64,000 nucleotides of DNA from Eledone cirrhosa. Taxonomy: Eukaryota. The stretch is taken from positions 59,768,001 to 59,832,000 of the forward strand of contig OZ024743.1 of the NCBI GenBank assembly GCA_964016885.1, read 5' to 3'. Below are positions 54,025 through 64,000 of the stretch, piece after piece (the first letter of the stretch is position 1; every line of letters begins with the position of its first letter). The notes below the pieces were generated by a model that had not been told where the DNA came from, ran no database searches, and saw only the letters and a list, made by a program, of their open reading frames with translations. The translations under genes were made by a program, and so were the position numbers.

Positions 54025-54293
54025 ATACATATATATATATGTTATATATATATGTAATATATATATATATATATATGTAATATATATTTCGTTTCTGAAT
54101 TTGTTTAGCAAGATTCTTTATCTGAAATCGTGTGTTGAAACCGATATTGTTATACTTTGGGAGGGTCATGTTGCCAATAAGAAACACACGCACCAGTTGC
54201 TTTCACTTCAATTTATTATATATTTATAAATTTACAAACTTATAAATGTCTGGTTGGTTGGTTGGTTCCACAACTAGATAGTTGTTTATATAT

Positions 54294-54338
54294 AGTCATA
54301 GTCCTTTCGTCACACACTCTGTGACCTCTTCAGTGACT
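54294..54338 (-). ncRNA. minimal type I hammerhead (family F)
   Basis: agtca CTGAAGA g-gtcaca-gagtg-tgtgac GAAA ggac TA tgact. Confidence 0.8.
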
Positions 54339-54643
54339 GGGGATTCCTTTCTTTGTTTCTGTGCCTTTCCTTTCTTCTATCCTACGCCATTTTGTTTCTG
54401 TGTGTGTGTTGTGTGCTCAGTTTGCGCATGCGCCACATCCGGGTGTCTGTGTGTTTTTGTGTTCATTTATCTATTTGTTTATTTATTTATTTATTTATTT
54501 ATTGTTGGTTGGTTGTTTGTTCTATGTGTGTGTGTGTTTTCATTTTGTCCTGTGTGTGTTTTCATTTTGTCCTTAATTGTAAGTTGTTTGTTCTATGTGT
54601 GTGTGTGTTTTCATTTTGTCCTGTGTGTGTTTTCATTTTGTCC

Positions 54644-54958
54644 TTAATTGTAAGTTGTGATGTTGCTGTTCCACTCATATTTTCTATTTAATTTTGGTTT
54701 TAATTCTTTTATGCTTACTGCCTCTGTAATTTGCCTAAACATTGCGTCTTTTCTGTGTGTGGATTCTATTTTTATTTCTATGCTCTCTAATCTACCCCTG
54801 TGTTCTATCTTAGCATGTTGGTACAGCACAGATGATTCTTTATTATCTTGGAGGTCTCGCCAGTGTTCATTTATTCGTTCCCCTATACTACGAGCTGTCT
54901 CACCTATGTACACTATATTTTTGTTTCTACATTGTCCTTCAGTACATCTTATGCTATA
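54644..54958 (-). pseudogene. PLE GIY-YIG endonuclease, truncated but open
   Basis: YSIRCTEGQC..VYIGETARSIGERINEH..LYQHAKIEH..RQITEAVSI..LNRKYEWN. Confidence 0.85.
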
Positions 54959-55134
54959 CATATATATATATATATATAATATATATATATATGTAATATA
55001 TATTACATATATATATATATTATAATATATATATATATGTAATATATATTTATATATATATATGTATGTAATATATATGTATATATATATATATATATAT
55101 ATGTATGTAATATATATATATATATATGTATGTA

Positions 55135-55167
<33 letters not shown>

Positions 55168-55188
55168 ATATATATATATATGAATGTA

Positions 55189-55254
<66 letters not shown>

Positions 55255-55326
55255 AATATATATATATATGTATGTAATACATATATGTCTTTATATATAT
55301 ATATATATGTAATATATATATATATA

Positions 55327-55361
<35 letters not shown>

Positions 55362-55407
55362 ATATATATATATATATATATGTAATAAATATATATATAT
55401 ATATATG

Positions 55408-55474
<67 letters not shown>

Positions 55475-55475
55475 A

Positions 55476-55508
<33 letters not shown>

Positions 55509-55530
55509 GTAATATATATATATATATATG

Positions 55531-55562
<32 letters not shown>

Positions 55563-55564
<2 letters not shown>

Positions 55565-55701
55565 CGGAAGAAATGTGGTAAGGAACCAGGTGGACCATAA
55601 CGCACCAAAGTACTCAATACTTAGAGTAGTAGAGTGGGTAATAGGAACGAGTAGGACCCCGTCGAAACGGCTTGAGCTCAGCCGTCGGGGTCCTACTCGT
55701 T

Positions 55702-55703
<2 letters not shown>
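55563..55703. mobile_element. family A fold-back element
   Basis: Long arm joins the short arm at gacccc|gtcgaaacggc. Confidence 0.8.
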
Positions 55704-55763
<60 letters not shown>

Positions 55764-55805
55764 ATATATATATATATATGTGTAATATTTATATATATAT
55801 ATATG

Positions 55806-55867
<62 letters not shown>

Positions 55868-55869
<2 letters not shown>

Positions 55870-56762
55870 AGTATAAAAGAGAAAACACAGGTAAGCATTA
55901 AGAGAAGGATTAAGTAACCATAGACTCAAAGAGAAGTTTTCGCACGACAAATCGAACCCTTAACCTCTTACTACCAACTGACAAACTACATATACTTAAA
56001 CATTATACCCTCTTGTTGTATATAAACCCTTTTAATTACCCACAAAACCAATGCATATATCCCTCTCTTCTCCTCTTCTTTTTCTTCGTTTACTTCCTGC
56101 CTTCCCTCCCCTTCTTGGCTATATTTTCTTTTCTTCTTTCTTACCCCCTTCTTTGCTTTTATTTTTGTCATTATTATCTTTATCTTCATTTGTAATATAT
56201 ATTATATATTTATCTCTTTATATCTCCCCCTCTCTCTGTCCCTCTCTATCCATCCCTCCCACCATGATCAATTTAATTCTCTTTAACTCACTACATTCCA
56301 CGACATAAAGTCTGCTTTCAAAACTGACCAAATAATCCTTCCACCTCTACCCCTCCCTCCATCTCAGTTTGTCACTCTACTTCCTACTTCTTCCCCCTTC
56401 CGCTCTCTCTATACTAGTAAATACAATTCCAAATAAATGTTTTTCTCTATATATTAAGAATTATTTCAAGAGTAACTTACTATTTTGAAAATTTGGACTG
56501 TGAACAACAATTATAATTGAGTGGCTGCTATTTGCAGTATAGCAATATAAGATTGCACTTACCAATGAAACGGTCGTAAATACCTGGATAAAATCCTTCT
56601 CTTAATGCTTACCTGTGTTTTCTCTTTTATACTTTATACTCCAAGATTGAACGGAATTCTTACAAACTTGTGGAGTTACCCCTAACTGTACGTTGAAACC
56701 ATCCATGAAGCTGGCTTGCCTAACCAAATCTGGATCACAATAAGCAATTTTTTGCTTCTATA
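55868..56762 (+). mobile_element. probable PLE 3' fragment with inverted terminus
   Basis: 55872-55911 is the reverse complement of about 56592-56631; C/T-rich UTR; GAAAcggtcgTA relic at about 56567; in (TA)n. Confidence 0.55.
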
Positions 56763-56790
56763 ACTATATATATATATATATATATATATG

Positions 56791-56943
<153 letters not shown>

Positions 56944-57949
56944 TACATGAAACGTAGGGTGCATAAAAATATTGTCTGAGTACTATTTTAACTTAAACAA
57001 CAATATAAATGGAACTATAAACGATTAAGGAATGAACCTCTGCCGATTCTGATGATGGGTGTTCCGGATAAAGGGACAGTGCACTCCGTAAATTAATGTT
57101 TAATTTACTAGGCGTTCCTCGGATAAATACACCTTTGATATACTTTACAGAAATAATCAACACACTACACAAATCTAATCACCTTATACGATTCATTTTT
57201 TTCCTTATAAATCACAATTTGTCTAACAATTAACGATATTATCTTATTTGCCTAAGCATTTTGTCTGTTAAATCCAAAATCTCATATATACGTCAGATGC
57301 AATCATGGTGCATCATACCGCAGACTATAATGTAGCCATGGAAATTTACAAACAGGATGCATTTGGGGTCAACTCAGTGATATGTATTTGTATTAAAAAT
57401 TGATGTTTTGTAGCAAGTGTTGATTGACACGCGCCTGTCTATTAAATTCAGCATATATAATAGCTGTAATGAATCGACATGAATCTAGTTAAGATTTGCG
57501 TGAATATTGTGCATGTAATCTTTAATCAAGTATTTGACCTATTGTTAATTTCGATCATTCAAGCTTTACAACATCGAAAACAAGGCTCTTACAGCTTGTA
57601 CAGTATAATTCGATATGACGTGGAGTAAAGGAACTATTCTCATTTTCTTGAACATGAGGTTGATTTACATGTACAGCTTAATTTCTTCTTTAAATAATGT
57701 TATTATTATATTGATTACAAGACGTGTTTAATATTTTGAATGTTATTCACAGGTTTTGTTTCCATTTTTTCTGGCCGTATAAAAAGCTCATTTCTCAAGC
57801 TATAGAAATATTGTGATTTTCTGTTTAGATGAACTGTACAACAGCTCCAATAACATTAGTATACTTCAGTTCAATTTAGGAGATTGTTTCAAACCGTTTT
57901 CTGTATATTTGAGACATTTATATTTTGAAAATAATCACTACTTCGAAAT

Positions 57950-58870
57950 AACGGACGTCTTCTACTGTAAATATCGAGCCTTCAGTGTACGCTATATGAG
58001 GCTATCAACATCAGCCAAACCAACCTTCGACTGCCAAGCATATTTGCCGAGCATTTTCATAATAAGGCCCGGCAAAAAACTCTATGTTCGCTCGACATTT
58101 TCTTTTCGCTGGTTATTCCACACATCACCACACAATTTCCGGCCTTGATTCGTAAAGCCGACCCAAGAACAATACCACAAACGGAACATTCTCATCTCTC
58201 TTCCCATAATCACTCCCAAGGGTATAATATACCACCCCATTCTTCTAGGCTGTACTTCCCACCGTACAACCACACTCATTTAATACTCATATGTACAGCC
58301 TCACAAATGTAATATCCCAGCTCTTCATGCTAATATCAACAAACGCATTCACCCTCATACCCACACAAAAACATTCACGCAATATTGCTAACTCGTCTCC
58401 GATCAACTGACACATGGATATTCATGTGACCCTACACTCTTACAGGACACCACAAACATACGCTCTCACATTCACATACACAATGAAGAAAATATATACC
58501 ACTCCAAAACAAATACTCACACATACATATACACACACATACACCATCATGACCAAAATATATAACAATTCAACAACTATAACTTTAAATACGTACACAT
58601 ACACACATACAAAAAATATAACACAGGAACAAATGATAGACACGGACATACAGACAACATTTGCTCACCCACAACACATGCTTGACTATATACATTTCCT
58701 CTAGCCTGCCTTCATGATCCAGACCAATACAATAAATTATTCTTCATCAACTTTCCCGCCTAATTTTTTCCAACTATAGTCTTTCCTGCTGAAAGACTGA
58801 AGTCGGATAAGTTGAGGCATTCTGTTTCCGTCAGCAAATGTTCCTTGCATTTGTCATATTCCATTATAAT
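57950..58870 (+). mobile_element. highly degenerate PLE (Neptune-like GIY-YIG relic + CA-rich UTR)
   Basis: Frame-broken DVFYC..ISQTNLRLPSIFAEH..ARHF..GYSTHH. Confidence 0.45.
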
Positions 58871-58879
58871 GTATATATA

Positions 58880-58961
<82 letters not shown>

Positions 58962-58986
58962 CATATGTGTGTGGGAGGGGGGGATA

Positions 58987-59032
<46 letters not shown>

Positions 59033-59098
59033 GAAGAGAGAAGAAACATTTAGATATAATTAGTAATAAGATGTATCATACCTAAACTGCTTCTAGAT

Positions 59099-59188
59099 TC
59101 CTCGACTACGTAGTTTCGTGGCATAATCAAAAACAATACATCATAGAGATATAGAGCTTTTGTGAGGTCTGCCGACTTATCAAGAGGA
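59099..59188 (-). ncRNA. type I hammerhead, U3:A8 core variant
   Basis: tcctc TTGATAA gtcggca..tgccac GAAA ctacgtag TC gagga. Confidence 0.75.
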
Positions 59189-59822
59189 TACCTCATTTTA
59201 CTAGCTTCAAAGAGCATGTCTATAAGATGTGAGATAGAATCCCAAAAGGCGGAGGGGGAATCAATCACGTGATACGACGGTCAAGAAACAGAGCTAAGCC
59301 CCTTATAACCCTGAAAATAATACCACGGAGGCGGAGGGGGTATTTATATCGAGCCCGTAGAAGAGGTGGTTAAGGGGGAAAGAAGTATGAGTAATGGCAG
59401 CTTTCCAGCAGTCACTACACTTCAAGGATTACTCGACCAGGGGAAGTTATAAACAATATATTGAGAAACACACAGATACATGCGGACACAAACATATACA
59501 TGAATATATCCACATCCGTCCTTGAGTTAATGATGCCAACCTTAACCGATGTTGCTCTATGAATAACTGGGACAAACCAATCCGAATGGATTAGACTGAA
59601 CCGGTATCAGAGCTAAAAGTACATTATGAAGAGAGAAGAAACATTTGGATATAATTAGTAATAAGATGTATCATACTTAAACTGCTGGTATTTTTTTCAG
59701 GGTTATAAGGGGCTTAGCTCTGTTTCTTGACCGTCGTATCACGTGATTGACTCCGCCTCCGCCTTTTGGGATTCTATCTCACATCTTATAGACGTGCTCT
59801 TTGAAGCTAGTAAAATGAGGTA

Positions 59823-59912
59823 TCCTCTTGATAAGTCGGCACACCTCACAAAAGCTCTATATCTCTATGATGTATTGTTTTTGATTATGCCACGAAACTA
59901 CGTAGTCGAGGA
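59823..59912 (+). ncRNA. type I hammerhead, U3:A8 core variant
   Basis: tcctc TTGATAA gtcggca..tgccac GAAA ctacgtag TC gagga. Confidence 0.75.
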
Positions 59913-60202
59913 ATCTAGAAGCAGTTCAGGTATGATACATCTTATCACTAATTATATCTAAATATTTCTTCTCTCTTCATAATGTACTTTTAGCTCTGAT
60001 ACTGGTTCAGTCTAATCCATTCGGATTGGTTTGTCCCAGTTATTCATAGAGCAACATCGGTTAAGTTTGGCACCATTAACTCAAGGATAGATGTGGATAT
60101 ATTCATGTATATGTATGTGTCCGCATGTATCTGTGTGTTTCTCAATATATTGTGTATATATATATATTTTTATATATACATATATTTATATGTATATAAC
60201 CC

Positions 60203-61649
60203 ATGGGTTCGTCGGATTCAGCTCAATTCACCGACTTAGTTGTAATTTTCATCTTGAATTCTTTAAACCGGAAAATTCACTAACTTCGCGGTGAGATTTA
60301 TCGTGATGATGCTCTTTTTACTGTCTCTAATTCCAACAATGTAAACTTTAATATAATTAAGAAAAATATACTTCATATATTTAAGCTTCTTAACTTAAAA
60401 ATTGAATTCGAGAATAATGTTAAACTAGAAAATGTCTTTGTTATATCCCTTAATCTAGATACCGGCCCATATTAGCCGTATCATAAGGATAACGAGAATT
60501 TAAATTACGTTAACTTTAAATCTAACCACACAAATAATGTTAAAACTGCTATAGTCAAAAGTGTAGAAAAAGGAATTTCTAATTTATCCTCTAATAAAAT
60601 ATCTTCGAATTTACTGCCAAATACTATAATAATGCCCTATTTAGGGCTGGATATCTAGACAAAATTAGGTATACTAAAGATCTTAACCTTGGCAAAGCTT
60701 ATAATAACTCTAGTAATGTAGCTAGTAATAATCATACTGCTACACAAAAGGAGGAGACCTAGATATAAAACATATCCATTGGTACAACGCTCCCTTCTCT
60801 CTTTCCGTTATTAATAACATCCCCAAATTATTTTTAGGGCATTACATAACAGCTTCCCTTCTTCACATATATATATAGCAAGACTTTCAATAGGCATACT
60901 ATTAAATTCTCGTATTCTACTACTTCGAACATTTCTAAAATTATCTCAAGATATAATTCTAAAATATTAAATAATAACTCATATGCATCCACCAAGGGAG
61001 TCATAATAATAACACTATAAGGCCCGATGTCAATGTAAATTCTAGGCAAAACAACACAAGTATAAATACGACGTCAAATGTAACTTTGAGGAATGCATTA
61101 AATACTAATGTAATTCTGGAAACTTTAGCACCCCATTTAGTTATTTCCACCACTCCAGTTCCCTATATAATTAATCCTGTGCCACTTGCAAATAACTCTG
61201 TAAATAATCTAAATCGTAAATGCAACTGCCCTATTAGAACTAATTGTCCTCTTAGTAATTTCTGTCTCGATAAAAACCTAGTAAACGAATGTAAAGTGGT
61301 AAATAGTACCAACACCTATACATACATTGGCTCTACTTCTACCTCCTTTAAAGCAAGATTCTATAATCATTCTTCTACATTTAAATCTCCACTTAAAAGG
61401 ACCAGCACCGCATTCTCAGAACTTATTTGGTCCTTAAAAGACAAAAACATAAATTACAAAATTTCTTGGGGTAAAATCTACAACGCATCTCCATACTCCA
61501 ATGCTTTCACATCTAGTGTTTGTAATTTATGTCTAGTTGAAAAATGTACCGTTATCTCGAATTTCAACACAATAATAAATCGAAGAACCAACTTATTTGG
61601 ACTCTGTAATCATAAATCCAACAAGACCTTTCACAAAGTATATAGCTGA
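60203..61649 (+). pseudogene. PLE RT (YRDD) + CxCx5Cx5C finger + GIY-YIG endonuclease
   Basis: MGSSDSAQFTDLV..EIYRDDAL; WYNAPFS; FNRHTIKFSYS; CNCPIRTNCPLSNFC; TYIGSTSTSFKARFYNH; CNLCLVEK. Confidence 0.88.
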
Positions 61650-62380
61650 TGTCCTATAACATATTCCACGAGTCACAGTCATCTTTCATTATATTCTACG
61701 AAGTATTCATTTGGTTTTCTCATCATATATTAAGCCTTTGATCTTTTTTTCTATAGCCTTAGATGTTCGCTCAAACCTTCGTAGATTTTGTAAACAAATT
61801 ATGACGTCATATGTTTTTCTACGTTTATACATCTTTCTAGCAGTTTCCTTTATTTACTTGTTGATATAAAATAAAAATTAAATAGTATACCCCACATATA
61901 TAGATTTTTACTAGTAATTATTAATTTTGACATTTTTTTTTTTTTTTTAAATTTTCTTTTATAAAAATCTTTTTTATTTGTATTTTATTTTATTTCATTA
62001 ATACATTTTTACATTTCTTAATCCAATTTTTAGTATTTAAACCCAATATAAAATAATATACCCAGTTTCCATATTTAGGCCTCTAATATTTAAATACCAT
62101 CTATAATATTCGCACAGACGCCTCATCAATTTACTTTTTAACCGTTATTTACAGCTGTTTTTCATTTTGACAGCGTTCCTAATCAAAAGTCTCTCTCTCT
62201 CTTCCTTTTTCTTATTTTTATCCTATCTTTTCTTCTCTTTCCTTTTCCTTTTTCTCCTCTTCTTTTCTTTCTATTCTCCTATCTCTTTCTTACTATAGTT
62301 TTAACACTTATATTTCTGCCATATGTAGACTTACTACTTTCCGGTAAACAAGTGCTATTATGCCTCATATAATATTACCT

Positions 62381-62450
62381 TATTTTATCTGATGAGAACA
62401 CAATGTTTGTCCGAGGATAATTTTGTATTCGAAACGCGCATAATAAAATA
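62381..62450 (+). ncRNA. type I hammerhead ribozyme (family C relative)
   Basis: tattttat CTGATGA gaacacaa..ttgtattc GAAA cgcgca TA ataaaata; one mismatch in helix III. Confidence 0.8.
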
Positions 62451-62490
62451 TATGGAACTATTTTAACCTTATTCTAATTTCTTCTTTATA

Positions 62491-62553
<63 letters not shown>

Positions 62554-62641
62554 AAATATATATATGTATATATATATATATATATACATACACACTTATA
62601 TATATATATATATAGTTATTGATTTATACATATATATATGT

Positions 62642-62730
<89 letters not shown>

Positions 62731-63117
62731 TATATATAGTTATGGTATGTACCCAGTTCTTCTATGTTTGATTTTACACCGAATGGCATATGGTTAATTA
62801 TGTACTTGGTCGATTTATGCATGCTGTCGAAATGTTGGATAAATAACCTGCTGTGGATAACGCGAAGTACACACTCTCGTTTATTTGTCGTAGATTTCTT
62901 CATAGGAGATTTTATCCTTATGGCTTAGTATAATTGATTTTTATTATGGTTGATTGTGCTGTTTGGCAGAGGAAATGGAGTATATATTTTGTTTATCTAA
63001 TAATTCTGTAGACATGATTTATAATAATATATATATATATATACATATATGTATATATATATACAAATACGTATATATATATATATGTATGTATATATAT
63101 ACATATATATATGTATG

Positions 63118-63151
<34 letters not shown>

Positions 63152-63156
63152 CATAC

Positions 63157-63228
<72 letters not shown>

Positions 63229-63230
<2 letters not shown>

Positions 63231-63414
63231 CGAAGGAAATGTGGTAAGGAACCAGGTGGACCATAACGCATCAAAGTACTCAATACTGAAGGTAGTAGAG
63301 TGGGTAATAGGAACCAGTAAGACCCCGACGGCTGATCTCAAGCCGTTTCGACGGTTAATTCTGAATTAGCCGTCGAAACGGCTTGAGCTCAGCCGTCGGG
63401 GTCTTACTGGTTCC
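63229..63414. mobile_element. family A fold-back element
   Basis: Palindrome centre about 63362; in (TA)n. Confidence 0.8.
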
Positions 63415-63418
63415 TATA

Positions 63419-63478
<60 letters not shown>

Positions 63479-63670
63479 AACATATATATATATGTATATA
63501 TATATATACATATACATAGATATATATATATATGAATATATATATACATATATATATATACATACATATATATATGTATATATATATATATGCATACATA
63601 TATATATATATATAAGTATATATATATATACATATATATAATTATACATATACATATATATATATATGTT

Positions 63671-63702
<32 letters not shown>

Positions 63703-63704
63703 CA

Positions 63705-63830
63705 TAAGAACAAGTAAGACCCCGACGGCTGAGCTCAAGCCGTTTCGACGGCTAATTCTGGCCGTCAGGGTCTTACTTCTCCTATTACCCACTCTACTAC
63801 CCTAAGTATTGAGTACTTTGGTGCGTTATG
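63705..63830. mobile_element. family A element, opposite orientation, cut off by a LINE fragment
   Basis: Junction ttcgacggctaattctg|gccgtc|agggtcttac. Confidence 0.75.
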
Positions 63831-64000
63831 TTGGTGTCACTGGAAAGCTGCTGCAGTGGATCAAGAGCTTCCTGTCAAACAGAACCCAACATGTTGTAGT
63901 TGAAGGAGTCAAATCCAGCCCAGCCAAAGTCAGTAGTGGGGTTCCACAAGGCACTGTGTTGGGCCCACTTCTCTTCATTATCTATATTAATGACATCACT
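63828..64000 (+). mobile_element. CR1-group LINE RT fragment (runs off the window)
   Basis: [51 protein letters not shown]; same family as 48150-49840. Confidence 0.9.

Larger units (their letters stand above)
54087..54958 (-). mobile_element. 5'-truncated PLE (family F) in (TA)n
   Basis: GIY-YIG coding, 3' UTR with a short tandem duplication, HHR and tail. Confidence 0.85.
59029..60153. mobile_element. family G composite: minus-strand copy (59029-59450), inverted terminus (59453-59686), plus-strand copy (59686-60153)
   Basis: Long near-identical reverse-complement blocks; non-coding. Confidence 0.8.
60196..62490 (+). mobile_element. 5'-truncated Naiad-like Penelope-like element
   Basis: RT, zinc finger and GIY-YIG coding, T/C-rich 3' UTR, terminal HHR, both ends in (TA)n. 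Confidence 0.88.

Noticed and set aside
57048-57095. CTGATGA followed by a possible stem
   Set aside because: No GAAA or helix III, and no convincing stem I
59050-59961. Duplicated 72-aa ORF MIDSPSAFWD..
   Set aside because: Overlaps the ribozyme-bearing inverted repeat, starts at GTG, and has no recognisable domain
61647-61649. TGA at the end of the Naiad-like ORF as possible selenocysteine (some Naiads encode selenoproteins)
   Set aside because: The sister copy has TAA at the same position (41307-41309), and the visible conserved Cys codons are TGY

Overview
Gene-poor, AT-rich animal DNA, saturated with (TA)n, (CA)n and (CT)n microsatellites and transposable elements. The SINE sequences resemble those of octopod cephalopods; this assignment is from memory and not checked against a database. 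I recognised no host protein-coding gene, and most ORF-track entries are microsatellite artefacts. Recognisable elements are a near full-length decayed Helitron (18.9-24.4 kb, minus strand), RTE-, CR1- and Tx1-like LINEs, a hAT MITE, two tRNA-type SINE families, and many Penelope-like element (PLE) fragments of at least three GIY-YIG types, mostly inside (TA)n. The main hidden signal is RNA structure. About 13 type I hammerhead ribozyme (HHR) motifs from about six sequence families can be read by eye. These include a U3:A8 compensatory core variant in two copies, and two non-coding families with tandem monomers of about 430-480 bp that look like retrozymes. There are also many short fold-back insertions whose inversion points lie in or next to the ribozyme helices. 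All folds were made by eye, none is experimentally tested, and boundaries are approximate unless stated.
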